DNA of 63,774 nucleotides, filler included, from Octopus bimaculoides (GCF_001194135.2; 7 parts of 7 records of this genome joined end to end with filler, not necessarily neighbours in it), one strand, 5' to 3'. Positions 13,453 through 27,530 are shown, counted from the first letter of the whole stretch. Notes: generated by a model from the letters alone, not told the origin. Numbers and translations are program-made.

Positions 13453-14075
13453 AAACGTTTCGAGCCTACGCTCTTCCACAGAAAGGAACACAGATAGAAA
13501 CAAGGAGAGAAAATAAAGAATGTGTAGTGGCTAGCGATCTATCATGGTGAATGCCGGACAGAGGGGTCACACAGGAGAGCTAGGAAGCAGGGGAGATAAT
13601 AAAGTAGTGGTGATCCCAAAACGAAGGTGCGCGTGCGTGTGTATAAGTGAGTATGTATGTGCGTGTGGAAGAGGGGTGGTGACCTTGACCTGTGCGTGTG
13701 TGTATTTGAGAAGTGGTCAGTGCCAGTGTGATGTGATGTGATGTGATGTGATGTGGCTTTGTGTGGTATGGTGGTGTATGGTGTAGTGGTATGGTGTGAT
13801 GGTGTTGGGAGGTGGGAGAGGCGAGGGTGGAGAAAGCAAGGGTGGGTGTAGGTTAGGCTGAGGGTGGGGGTAGAGGTGGGATATGTGGGTAGTCTGAGGG
13901 TGGGGTAGAGGTGGGGTGAGATGGATAGGGAAGTTGGAGTTGAATTGTGTAGGGATGGCATGGGGTTACGAGGGAGAGGTGACGATGAAGGGGGAAGAAG
14001 GTGGGTAGGAGTGAAGAGAAGAGAGAAGGAGAGTAGGAGTGAAGAGAGGAAGTAGGAGTCGGAGCAAGAGAGGAG
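13453..14075 (-). mobile_element. Penelope-like terminal repeat region with variant hammerhead motif at 13453-13485
   Basis: RNA CUUU-CUGUGGA-A-GAGC-GUAG-GCUC-GAAA-C-GUU; flanking sequence shared with 14180-14282 and 36600-36765; long strand-asymmetric G-rich tract follows. Confidence 0.55.
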
Positions 14076-14179
14076 ANNNNNNNNNNNNNNNNNNNNNNNN
14101 NNNNNNNNNNNNNNNNNNNNTTAATTAATTAANNNNNNNNNNNNNNNNNNNNNNNNNNNNNNNNNNNNNNNNNNNNTTA

Positions 14180-14282
14180 ACGCTCAGGAAGTGAAAAAGT
14201 ATTTAACGTTTCGAGCCTACGCTCTTTGTCAGAAAGGAACACAGAAAGGAACACAGGAGAGAAAATAAAAAATGTGTAGTGG
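14180..14282 (-). mobile_element. Second copy of the same repeat, hammerhead-like motif at 14201-14236
   Basis: RNA CUUU-CUGACAA-A-GAGC-GUAG-GCUC-GAAA-C-GUU-AAA. Confidence 0.6.
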
Positions 14283-14805
14283 ATGTATTTATGTATATAT
14301 ATATATGTATATATATGCATATATATATATATATGTATATTTGTATGTATACACACACACACACACATATATATATATACACCCGCTTATTCACTTATAA
14401 TTCTGTCTACAGAGTGGCTTGTGTGAATGAAAAATCTACATAGATGCGCTTCCTTTCAAGTGTTCTTGTCCGGCCTTCAGTGCGAGGTTCACGTAGGCGT
14501 TAATGCTTGTATGTGTGAAAAAGCGAGAACGAGAGAGAGAGAGAGAGAGAGAGAAAGAAAGAATGAGAGAGAGAGAGCGAGTATATCTCTGCGTTGTGTG
14601 GGTGAGTGATAGAATGCGAGTGACTGAGTGAGTGAGTTTTGGAAAGGCAGTCAAACACACAACGTGTGTGTACGTGTTTTTGTCTGTATGTGTATGTGTG
14701 TGTGGTTTTCTATCACCGTAGGTGTGTATTACTTATTAGTTGTTGTGTGTGAGAACTATGTAGGGGTGGACTTCTGTGTGTGTGTGTGTGTATGTGTGTG
14801 TGTGT

Positions 14806-14838
<33 letters not shown>

Positions 14839-15342
14839 NNNNNNNNNNNNNNNNNNNNNNNNNNNNNNNNNNNNNNNNNNNNNNNNNNNNNNNNNNNNNN
14901 NNNNNNNNNNNNNNNNNNNNNNNNNNNNNNNNNNNNNNNNNNNNNNNNNNNNNNNNNNNNNNNNNNNNNNNNNNNNNNNNNNNNNNNNNNNNNNNNNNNN
15001 NNNNNNNNNNNNNNNNNNNNNNNNNNNNNNNNNNNNNNNNNNNNNNNNNNNNNNNNNNNNNNNNNNNNNNNNNNNNNNNNNNNNNNNNNNNNNNNNNNNN
15101 NNNNNNNNNNNNNNNNNNNNNNNNNNNNNNNNNNNNNNNNNNNNNNNNNNNNNNNNNNNNNNNNNNNNNNNNNNNNNNNATATATATATGAAAGTATATG
15201 GTAACGTTAACACATTATATATGTCTACACGTATATGTATGTGTGCATATATATATATATATATATATACATATCCAGATGTATACATACATAGACAATT
15301 CATATGTATATTATACAGAGAAATACAATGTGTATATCCTAT

Positions 15343-15376
<34 letters not shown>

Positions 15377-15615
15377 GTATATATATATATCAAGGTTGTA
15401 TATAAGTGCATATACAGTCCAATAGAATTTCATATACACATTCATAGGACATACATATATATATATATATATATATAAAATATTTCAATTTGTATATCCA
15501 TTCACGCCTATATATACTTATATATACATTGCTACACGCGTGCACACACACACACATATACACGGATGTACATTAAACACAGATAAATATATCTGTATTA
15601 GTACATACACGTGTT

Positions 15616-15664
<49 letters not shown>

Positions 15665-15683
15665 GTATATATGTTTGTATGTG

Positions 15684-15737
<54 letters not shown>

Positions 15738-16137
15738 CAGACAGAGAGACAGAGAGACAGAGAGAGCTATATACATGTATATATACATATATATGTGTGT
15801 ATAAATGTGTATAGTGTTCGTACCGAGTTTATATGGCGTTTATATGTGTTTAAAGATATTTAAAACTACCAACAGTGTTTCCTCTATTTGGTGTCGTGAT
15901 ATTAAAACCGTGTTCTCTATAGAAGAAGGCTATTAACATCACAGCGTGAATCCAAGCCGCTACATATGCGGGTATGGACAAATGGATAAACATACACACA
16001 CACACAGACACACATATATATACGCACCTATATACACACACAAATATGTATGTATACGTAAACGTTAGCACACATACATTTGAGTATTCATACTTTGCAA
16101 AAACGGGTGTACACGTACAAATACTCGTACATCCACG

Positions 16138-16195
<58 letters not shown>

Positions 16196-16285
16196 AATAT
16201 ACATATATACGTACATAGATACATGCGTATGGAATAAGTGATACACGTGCATGCACCGAGATATTTATACACCTTGCGAAATGAG

Positions 16286-16316
<31 letters not shown>

Positions 16317-16661
16317 TTATATATANNNNNNNNNNNNNNNNNNNNNNNNNNNNNNNNNNNNNNNNNNNNNNNNNNNNNNNNNNNNNNNNNNNNNNNNNNN
16401 NNNNNNNNNNNNNNNNNNNNNNNNNNNNNNNNNNNNNNNNNNNNNNNNNNNNNNNNNNNNNNNNNNNNNNNNNNNNNNNNNNNNNNNNNNNNNNNNNNNN
16501 NNNNNNNNNNNNNNNNNNNNNNNNNNNNNNNNNNNNNNNNNNNNNNNNNNNNNNNNNNNNNNNNNNNNNNNNNNNNNNNNNNNNNNNNNNNNNNNNNNNN
16601 NNNNNNNNNNNNNNNNNNNNNNNNNNNNNNNNNNNNNNNNNNNNNNNNNNNNNNNNNNNNN

Positions 16662-16705
<44 letters not shown>

Positions 16706-17051
16706 CTATTATATATCTATATATATATACACACATTATATATGTAGACATATATATTCATATATACATGTGTGTATATACTTATAAGCATATATGTACG
16801 TAAGTGGTTTTATAATTTCATGTCCTATATTTACACTTATACATACACACACACAAACACACATACACATACACACAGACGTACACACGCATATATATCT
16901 AGGTGCGTGTGTGTATGTATATATGTATGTATATATGTATATATGTATACAGGTAGCGAGAGGGAAAGAGAGAAGCGGTGGGTGAATAGATAAACATATA
17001 CATAATATAACAATTTAAAGACAGACATTCAGGCAATCTCAAGCAAACACA

Positions 17052-17097
<46 letters not shown>

Positions 17098-17944
17098 TTC
17101 TTACCGACAAACATATCTTTTATGACTCTTTTCCTTCCTATTTCTCCGTACATTTATACATATTAATACATATACATATATATATGTATATATATATATA
17201 TGTGTGTGTGTGTGTATATATGAAACTTCTTAATGTTTCTTACGTAATATCTCGAAGTAATTGCCATCGAGTGCTCTCGGGTCTCAACTAGATGCTAAAT
17301 AATTCAATCAAATACCATTATAACAACATATACAGAGCGACAACATTATGAATAATGACGAATATATATATATATANNNNNNNNNNNNNNNNNNNNNNNN
17401 NNNNNNNNNNNNNNNNNNNNNNNNNNNNNNNNNNNNNNNNNNNNNNNNNNNNNNNNNNNNNNNNNNNNNNNNNNNNNNNNNNNNNNNNNNNNNNNNNNNN
17501 NNNNNNNNNNNNNNNNNNNNNNNNNNNNNNNNNNNNNNNNNNNNNNNNNNNNNNNNNNNNNNNNNNNNNNNNNNNNNNNNNNNNNNNNNNNNNNNNNNNN
17601 NNNNNNNNNNNNNNNNNNNNNNNNNNNNNNNNNNNNNNNNNNNNNNNNNNNNNNNNNNNNNNNNNNNNNNNNNNNNNNNNNNNNNNNNNNNNNNNNNNNN
17701 NNNNNNNNNNNNNNNNNNNNNNNNNNNNNNNNNNNNNNNNNNNNNNNNNNNNNNNNNNNNNNNNNNNNNNNNNNNNNNNNNNNNNNNNNNNNNNNNNNNN
17801 NNNNNNNNNNNNNNNNNNNNNNNNNNNNNNNNNNNNNNNNNNNNNNNNNNNNNNNNNNNNNNNNNNNNNNNNNNNNNNNNNNNNNNNNNNNNNNNNNNNN
17901 NNNNNNNNNNNNNATATATATATATATATACACACACACACGAG

Positions 17945-18099
17945 ACAGGTGTTTTTCAGTTTTCTTCTAACAAATCCACTCCCAATGTTTTTGTTGGATC
18001 GAGGCTTTAGTAGAAGAAACTTGTCCAAGATGACACGTGGTGGGACTGAACCCGTACCAATTGGTTGGGAAGCAAGTTTCTTACCACATAGCCACGCCT
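17945..18099 (-). mobile_element. SINE family A, 5' part
   Basis: Reverse complement begins TAGGCGTGGCTATGTGGTAAGAAACTTGCTTCCCAACC..GGGTTCAGTCCCACC. Confidence 0.8.
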
Positions 18100-19066
18100 A
18101 TCTATCTATCTATTCATCTATCTATCTATCTGGCACAATCAGGCTCAAACTTCGATCACATGACCATAATAGTACCAACTAGAAGCACTCATGCGCAGAA
18201 GGGAGTCTAACAATAATAAAGACATGTTATGGTGAAAGAGCGGATAATTTTTGAGTGCACATCGTATGAGCAACCTCGAGTATAACCAGTCGAAATTGCA
18301 AATATAATCAGGAACTCGACTGAGGATAGAAAACTCCGAATAACCTGTCCTTGTTTTCTTTGTATCGCCTAACTGTCTGGATGGTTTGCGTTCTTGTCCC
18401 ACTTTTGCATGTTTTATATATAAAATATAGGGGCGTACGTACACTTTGGTCTTTTCTATGTAAGTATATATATGTATATCTAAATTTAGTACGACTCTAT
18501 TATTCTTTGTATTCTTTCATTCTTTCCTTTTTTCTATCAGCCCTTTCATACTTCGTTCATTCCACTCTTCGTTCTTTCGGTCCCCTCCTCTCACATTTCC
18601 TTACCTTCTCTTCGTGCTCACTTTCCCTCCTCTTTCACTTCACTGTGTCTCTTTCATTTTTTCTCGCCCCTCCTTAATTCTTCGATCCCTCTGCCTCTAC
18701 CTCTCTCTCTTCTCTCTCCACGTGGTCGGTGTTCGGCCAGGCCTAACCTTTCTTTCTTGGTTCGACTACCATCCGTGCAACATCTATATTCCTCCCTGTG
18801 CCTGTTAAATGTTATGTCCCTGCCGTAAGGCTTTACTTCCACCACGCCAGCTTAATTTAATTCGTCCTTAGTCGTAAGACACCTGTTGTTATGTCCTGCT
18901 AATTGCATTTGTATTTGTGAAACATTTCTCTGTTTTTTTCCGTCTTTGTCTTCGTATACATTCACTGCTTTCTTCCAAGGAATTTAATGCTCTTAGCTTA
19001 GTTTTTCCTTGGGGTTGGCCAGATTGGAGCAATTTCGAGTATAACCAGATGAAATTGCAAAGATAA

Positions 19067-19500
19067 TCTGGCACCTGTAATTTCCAAGACCCCATCACCT
19101 GCCTTCGAGAAAGATCCAGCCTTTCAAGGACCGTGGTATACAGAGTCTCTGTTAAAACATCCGCTTGCATCACTAAGCACTATACGGATATGACAGCTAA
19201 TGACTTCAAGGAAAGATATTACCAACACATGCACTTATTCAGATCCAGGGATAGAGAGAACTCTACCTCTCTGTCTTGCTTTCTCTCGAGATACCGTGAT
19301 ATTTGAAACGAAACACCCAGCATCAAGTGGACTATTGTCGACAGGGGTGTCACCATATTCGCCCGGCGTCCCTAATTGCCTGCTGCGCCAACTCGAAAAA
19401 CTGCATATCCTCTACCAACCAACAGGGTTTATCAACAAGAAATACGATCTATCCTATTACTGTCACCAGAGGTACTCCCTTCTGGAAAATTTCAAGCCAC
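19067..19500 (+). mobile_element. Penelope-like element GIY-YIG endonuclease remnant
   Basis: TCNFQDPITCL..RTVVYRVSV..KHYTDMT.NDFKERYYQH..STSLS..IKWTIV..PYSPG..CLLRQLEKLHIL..INKKYDL..CHQR follows the PLE CNC..C..VVY..YIG.T..FKERY..H..KW.I..C.LC..EK..IL..NK..C pattern; one stop and a frameshift. Confidence 0.85.
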
Positions 19501-19707
19501 TGGCAGCAGACAACCCTGATATACCACCTCTGTACCAGCTGCTACACTGAACCACGCGCACCAAGGTCACCGTCACCAACCAAACCCATGCGCAGGACCG
19601 CCAGTTACCAATCTCCAGCGCTTGTTCGTGCTTCCCCATCCACATATCGATACCCTTTGGACAAGTATATATACACACGCACGCACATGTATATCTATAT
19701 CTATATA

Positions 19708-19761
<54 letters not shown>

Positions 19762-19775
19762 CGTATATTTTAAAC

Positions 19776-19806
<31 letters not shown>

Positions 19807-20036
19807 TATATATACTGAGTGATAAATTTTTTATTAGTTCGCTAAACTAGTGATACGTAGTAACAGAGAACGAACGTATGTATATGAATATATGTTTGTA
19901 TATATACTCACACACAGGCACATGTATGTGTGTGTGTGTGTATATATAGTGAGAGAAAGAGAGAGATAGAGAAGGAGGAGACAGATAGATAATATGTAGA
20001 CATAGATAGATAGATAAATAGATGCATTCAGAGAGT

Positions 20037-20120
<84 letters not shown>

Positions 20121-20295
20121 CGGAGAGAGAGAAGGAGAGAGAGAGCGACGGAGGGAGAGAGCGATAGAGAGAGAGAGGTTCACATGTATGTATGTATGTA
20201 TGTATGCCTATGTAAAGAGACTGTTTGAGAGACAGACGGAGAAAATGCCAGGGGAGAGAGAGAGAAAGATATATATATATACACATATATATACA

Positions 20296-20338
<43 letters not shown>

Positions 20339-20438
20339 NNNNNNNNNNNNNNNNNNNNNNNNNNNNNNNNNNNNNNNNNNNNTTAATTAATTAANNNNNN
20401 NNNNNNNNNNNNNNNNNNNNNNNNNNNNNNNNNNNNNN

Positions 20439-20475
<37 letters not shown>

Positions 20476-20784
20476 CATATATATGTCTGCTAATATCCAA
20501 GTTGGTTGAAGATTCTTCTATAAGAATAACAAAAGAAATAGTTTTCAAAACTTAAACTTAGATACATTGCAATTTGTAGTGATGCATTCATATTTCAATA
20601 TCCTATTTAATGGCTAAACCAATTAAAGAATTAATTAAATTCCCAACTCTCCCAATCTATATCGCTCTCACTCCACACACACATACATACACAATGCTCC
20701 TAAATATATGCATACATACATATATATATAAAACATATATACATATATATGTTTATGTATATATATATATATATATGTGTGCGT

Positions 20785-20867
<83 letters not shown>

Positions 20868-20887
20868 TATATATATATATATACGTT

Positions 20888-20936
<49 letters not shown>

Positions 20937-20957
20937 GTGTGTATGTGTGTGTGTGTA

Positions 20958-20992
<35 letters not shown>

Positions 20993-21544
20993 AAACATGA
21001 ATGTACATGTATATATACACATATATGCAGAAATGTATATCGAAGTTATTCATAAACATATATAAAGATATAAGTATACATATATACGTTTTTGCGTGTA
21101 TGCATAGATATAGTACATATGAGTGTGTGTACGTATGCATGTGTCTCTGTATGTATATATGTATGTATGTATGTATGCCTGTATGTATGTGTATATGTGT
21201 ATATGTATGCATGCATGCACAATATGTAGGAAAAGTATTCATTATATAAAGTTTTGTGATGAGAAGTGGGTACGCGAAACTGCATAACAACGGTGTGAAT
21301 TTGCAGTTTTTCATCATTATATCAATATATATATATATATATANNNNNNNNNNNNNNNNNNNNNNNNNNNNNNNNNNNNNNNNNNNNNNNNNNNNNNNNN
21401 NNNNNNNNNNNNNNNNNNNNNNNNNNNNNNNNNNNNNNNNNNNNNNNNNNNNNNNNNNNNNNNNNNNNNNNNNNNNNNNNTATATACGTATGCGTGCACA
21501 CATACACAGACATGCAGGAAGTAAATATACACCTTTAATTTTCT

Positions 21545-21845
21545 AAATGTCTAACCTAAGTGTCTTAATATGTTTTCAGCGGTGTAGAATTTACAATGTA
21601 ATTATTCTTTTCCATTCCTGGTGCCATTATATTAAACATTTGCGAAGAGTAACCATGCCAAACACAAAAAAATCAGTAGAACTGTCAGATTTTCAAAGAT
21701 GTCGTATTGTTGGGCAATCTGAGGTTGGTCTTAGCCAGGGAAAATTTGCCGAAAATCTTCAAATTCCTGTTGCTACTGTTAATAGAATTATAGTGCAATC
21801 CAAAAGCCAAGGAAAAGAATAAACAGATTCTCGTCCTGGCCGACC
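21545..21845 (+). mobile_element. Tc1-like transposase N-terminal HTH remnant
   Basis: [46 protein letters not shown]. Confidence 0.75.
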
Positions 21846-22237
21846 TATATATATGTATATGAGTCACATAATTTCTTTCATTGGCTTACTTATGTTTCTG
21901 CTGTGCACTCAGAGCTTATCTAAATTTTTCCAAGGAAGCTGCAAGATTCTTTCATAGATACTCACGTTTAGGTGCGTGCTTATTTATAACATATATCATT
22001 TTTATCGTCGTCGTCGTCGGCAATATCGTCACGATGACGACGACGACGATGGTGGTACTGATGTTGCTGACGACAACGACGTCAGCAATAATGACGATGA
22101 TGACGTCGACGATGGTCGTGATTTGCAAGGCTTTTACATCCTATTTCACACACTTATTCCTCAATTTATGTTATTTATATGTAAGATTTTGATGACTACG
22201 ATGACGACGCAGATCTCGGCGATGACGATGGGCTGCT

Positions 22238-22268
<31 letters not shown>

Positions 22269-22641
22269 ATGGTAGTGAGGATGATGTCGATTACGACGAT
22301 GATGATTGAAAAGGTAGTAAAGGAGGTGTTGTTACATTAATATGTCAGTATGTTGGTGAAGACGAGAGTGACATCTTTGCCGTTCTGTCTCTCAAATGAA
22401 ATTTTACTTCATTTCTAAACCGGTTAATTACAATATAGCTTCTAGCGTATTTAAATCTAATTTATTTTCACAAAAGCAAAACTCCCACCTACTTCTCCTC
22501 CCTTCTTCTCCCTCTCCACCTCATCCTCCTCTGCTGCCTTCTGTTCCTTCTCTTTCGTCTCATCCCTGCTCCAGTTTCTTCTTCTTCTTCTTTTTCTTCT
22601 TCCTCTTCTTCTCCTTCTTCCTCTTCTTCTTTTTTTCTTCA

Positions 22642-22693
<52 letters not shown>

Positions 22694-23896
22694 AGCATCA
22701 TCATCATTTTCCTCCTGCTTCTCCTCCTCCTCCTCCTTTCTCTCTTTCGTCACCACCACTTCCACCAACATCACCATCCATATTGTCATGATCGTCATCA
22801 TCCTCATCTTCATCCTCCTCATCATCATCTATTTTCACATTCAACCCCCATTCCAACTACCTTTGATTTTTATCTTGATTTTATGTTCCTCTCTCTCTCC
22901 CTCTCTCTCTCTCTCTCTCGCTCTATCTTTCTGTCTCTCTATGTCATTTTGTTCTCACCTCCTCCCTCGCAGTCTCTTTCTCTCAGTCTCTTTCGTTCTT
23001 CCTTTGTGTCTGTCTCTCTCTCTCTCTCTCTCTGTTTCCTGCTCCCTCTCCCTCTCTCTATCCCTCTTTTTTCTCTCTCTCTGCGTACGTCAATTTTTTT
23101 GATATTTCTACTCCAAACATGGCAACCGCTTTCGAATACTCTCCACACTTCATATTATATTCTACAGACATTAAGATATGATTATATGATCCTCGAATCT
23201 TGATCGAGTCTTCACGAGCAGTTGCGAAGAATCGAAAGAAGAGGAATGAAAGCCAAAACAAGCGACAACAGACGAGAACAATCTCAAGGAGTCGAAAGAC
23301 GACAACAGAGAACAGGAGACGTAGACGAGAGAAGAAAATATGAGTTGCTAGGAGTTAAAAGCAGAGAAGAGACGAGAGTAGAGGAGAAGAGACGAGAGTA
23401 GAGGAGAACAAACGAAAATTAAGATGTGGTGATATAAAATGAGAAAACAATATATATTTCGGTGTTCTTTTTAAAGAAAGTTATGGTATAAAGGTGCGAT
23501 TCTGTGTTTGATTTCATTAAAAGTGCCAAAATTGATGGAGACATATGCCAAAAGATAATTTTACAGGCGCTGTGTATCTGACATCAAGCAAAACTAAAAC
23601 TAAACAAAAATAACAACAAAATTGTAATTTAAAAAGAAGAAGAAAAAAAACAGACGAAACATAAAAAAAAACATAAAAGTATAAAAAGATAAACATATAT
23701 ATATATATTGTCCTTGATCTCATACATATAAATTGAAGAATAAGTGTGAGAGATAGGATGAAAAAGCTTTGTAAATATAGGAAGTCAATTATTGTTAGCA
23801 ATAATCATTTTGTTGGCTTGTTCTTTATCATTATTATCATTATTATTATTATCTTCATTATCATCATAATCATCATCAACATCATACTAATAATGT

Positions 23897-24105
23897 GGCA
23901 AAATGGTAGAACCATTGACACGCCTGGCAAAATGCTTAGCGACATTCCGTCTGACTTTACGTTCTCGGTTCAAATTCCACTGTGCTCGACTTGACCATTC
24001 ATCTTTCGGGGTCCATAAAATCGACACCAGTTGAGCTTTGGGGTCAATGTCACCGACTTATACCCTTTCTCGAACTTACTGGCCTTGTGCCAATATTTGA
24101 AACCG
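23897..24105 (+). mobile_element. SINE family B
   Basis: GGCAAAATGCTTAGCG..GGTTCAAATTCC..TTCATCTTTCGGGGTCCATAAAA..GGCCTTGTGCC. Confidence 0.8.
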
Positions 24106-24154
24106 TCATCATCATCATCATCATCATCATCATTATTATTATTATTATTATTAT

Positions 24155-24375
24155 TAAGGCGTCGAGCTGACAGAAGGAATCGTTAGTGTACCGGGCAAAG
24201 TGCTTGGCAACATTTCTTCTGTCTTTACGATCTGAGATCGAATTCCGTCGAGGCCGACTTTGTTTTTCATCCTATCGGATTGGATAAATAAGTACCAGTT
24301 AAGTTTTAGGCTCCATATGATCGACTAGGCTCACCCCAAAAATTTCAGGTCTTGTGCCTATAATAGAAAGCATTA
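24155..24375 (+). mobile_element. SINE family B, tandem neighbour of the previous copy
   Basis: AAGGCGTCGAGCTGACAG..GAGATCGAATTCCGTCGAGGCCGACTTTG..TTCATCCTATCGG..GATAAATAAGTACCAG. Confidence 0.82.
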
Positions 24376-25524
24376 TTGCTATTTTTATTATTTATTTGTT
24401 GTAGTTTTGTTATTGTTCTAGTTTTGTTGTGATTGTATTGTTGTTATTGTGTGTGTGTTGTTTTGTGTTTTTCCTGATTAATCTTAATCTCTGAATGGCG
24501 GAGATCCGTCCATACATTTCTATTCCCTCTCTGTTTGAAACCTTTAATAACGCTTGATTATTCACACCTGTGTTTAGATTATTTATTTATGCTATTCTTA
24601 ATGGCATTACCAGATTTAGAGAAACAAAAAAAAAAGATGAGCTTAAGCAAAACAAAAAATAAATAACATGAAAGACAGATTCTCAATCGATTTACAAAAG
24701 TATTACTACGAATGTGAACAATTTTTCCTCACTTGCTGTACCAGTAAAAAAATGCGTACCATTTTTTAGTAATGAATTTAACAAGAAAATTATCTTTAAG
24801 TAACACTGAAAAACCAAAAATGCAAAAGAATTACAATAAAACAAAGACAGCGTTTTATTTTCGTTTTATTTTTTATCAGACAAGAAGGAAATTATCGAAG
24901 TCCTTGTTGTGCTTCGTTTAGTTCTAATTGTATATTATCTTTAGTGAAATATGATACATAGGAAAGCAGGCTTGCAGAATGGGGAAATAAAATACAAACT
25001 AGCGCAACAAAAATAAGAGTTGTTTTAGTCAAAGAAATACGAGAGTTTCCTTGTTAAAACAATAAAAATTCTATCGTGTCATATGCTTGGGAAAAGAATT
25101 ACAAACATGGAGAAGTATGTAAGATGAAAGCGGTTTTGCTGGAAGATTCAAAATATGGCACAAATGCCTTTAAACTGGATGGCGGGCGATAAAACCAAGA
25201 ATGTTACTAACGAGATTCTGCAGACCTGTGGTACAACACATCACTGTTTCGAGATATCGTATTTGTATTAAGGCGGGGTAATTTGCATTTTTGGTTTGTT
25301 TTCTGGGTTTTTTTATATTTGTTGGATTTGTTTATGTTAACCTCTTAATTCAAAACATCTGGAATGGAAAAAATAAAGCAGTTTCTTTACTGAGAAATTT
25401 CCCGCAATTTCTAGTCGCAGCTGGTCTTGTCAATACGGTGTGGCACTCCCAAAGAATGATAGTTTGAATATCGCCCGTTTCTTCTTTCTTTATTTTGGTT
25501 TAGTGTAGGAAATATCAATAAACC

Positions 25525-25796
25525 GGCACTAGGGTTTCAGCTGATCCGATCAACGGAAAGGCTTGTTTCAAGAAATTAACATGCAAGTGGCTGAGTACTT
25601 CACAGACACGCATACGCATAACGTAGTTCTCAGGGAGATTCAACGTGACACAATGTGACAAGGCAGACCCTTTGAATTACAATTACAACTCCCCGAGAAC
25701 TACGTTAAGGGTACACGTGTCTGTGGAGTGCCCAGCCACTTGCACGTTAATTTCACGAGCAGGCTGTTCCCTTGTCGTCGTAACCGACGGAGTGCC
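25525..25796. repeat. Fold-back inverted repeat, arms about 83 bp (25555-25637 and 25689-25770)
   Basis: About 80 percent complementary arms, 51-nt spacer, terminal GGCACT/AGTGCC; probably two opposed SINE 3' halves. Confidence 0.9.
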
Positions 25797-26449
25797 ACGG
25801 TGTATATATATATATATACACACACATACATGGAAACATGAATGCATGCATACATACATATACACACATACATATATGTGTGAATATATGTGTATCCATG
25901 TACACACACTCATGCACACGCACACGCGCACGCATTATATAGGAAGAGAGAGAGGGGGGGAGGGGAGGGGGGAGCCGTAAAGAGACAGAAAGATAGAAGG
26001 GAACTTATACAAACTCTGAAATAAATATTTCAATGCGAAATGAACTTTGGCGAGATTTAGTTCACACATTCATGTGTGTGTGTGTGTATGCCTCTATGAG
26101 TGTGCGTTTCTATGTGCGTTTGTACGTGTGCTTCTGTGTGTGTTTGTGTTTATATGTGTGTTTCTGTATTTCTGTGTGGGTGTATGGCATGCGCACACAC
26201 ACGCGCGCATTTATGGACGTACATGAGCAGCGTTGATGTGGGAAGTTGATTTTCTCTACAAGTTTGTATACAAACACACCTACACCACCACCACCACCAC
26301 TACCACTACCACCACCACTACCACCAAACCCACTACAAACTACCCCCTTCCCTCCACCCCACCCTCTTTTGTAAAACTATCGCAGATTGCGTGTCACACA
26401 TGCTTTATTTATTTATTATTATTATTATTATTGTTATTATTATTATTAC

Positions 26450-26500
<51 letters not shown>

Positions 26501-26934
26501 AGGTTTGTGGGGCGGTGGTGAGGGCGGAGGAGCGACACCAATTCTGCTTTAATTCGTCTCATAAATGTCTCCCTCTTCAAATGAGTCTTTTGATTTAAGA
26601 GTTGGAGTCATTAAATGGATGCTGCAGTTGTAATTCTAATTACTCACCAAAGATCGCGGTACTCGGTCTGCGGTACTCTGATTTAGCTTTTAAGAACGTT
26701 TTGCATTCATGCTATATTGGTTCTTGTAATTATTCCGGAGATCCTGACATTTCCAGTTCGACAATTTAAAAGTGAATTTCTCTCTCAACCGGAGAAGATT
26801 TATAAATATAGACGGAACACGCTTAGATGATGATAATAATTAACTCAGCGAATCAACGAGCGATATTTTCACTTCACCAATGAAATTCAGCTTTTCATTC
26901 TTTCTCCCTCATTTCTTTCTCTCCCTAACTCTCT

Positions 26935-27466
26935 CAATCTATCTATCAATCTATCTATCTATCTATCAATCTATCTAATTATCTTCCTCCATCTATCTAC
27001 CTATCTATCTCTCCTACTTCATATCTCTTATTCCATCTCTCTCTTTCTCTCTCCCTATTCCTCCTTGCCCTTCACAATCTCACTCCTATCTCTATCAAAC
27101 TCTCCTTTCATTTTCCTACGCTATATCTCCACGTGTCAACCTCTCTATTTATCTATGATTCTATTTATCGAACTAGCTACCTATGTCACTGTGTACTAAT
27201 CTATCTATCTACCTATCTATCTATTTATCTAACTATGTATCTATATATCTTTCTATTTCTTTAACTATCTTTTTATCTATCTACCTATCTATCTACCAAT
27301 CTATCTGCCTACTTATCAATCTATCCATCTTTTTATCTATCCATTTATATATCCATATATCCATATCTATCTATCCATCAGTCGATTTACCTACCTACCA
27401 ACCTATCTCTCTATCTATCTACCTATCTATCTATCTATCCATCAGTCGATCTACCTACCTACCAAC

Positions 27467-27521
<55 letters not shown>

Positions 27522-27530
27522 ACTAACTTT
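26935..27530. repeat. Compound (TCTA)n / CT-rich low-complexity tract
   Basis: Direct read. Confidence 0.9.

Noticed and set aside
18268-18352. CUGAGGA..CUCC-GAAU with upstream UCGAGU/ACUCGA pairing (possible type III hammerhead)
   Set aside because: No NUH triplet in this copy, GAAA is GAAU and stem III cannot be formed; worth rechecking only on a family consensus
26620-26740. Strong minus-strand donor TTTG|GTGAGT near 26648
   Set aside because: No convincing acceptor and only a short open frame; could be a UTR exon but unsupported
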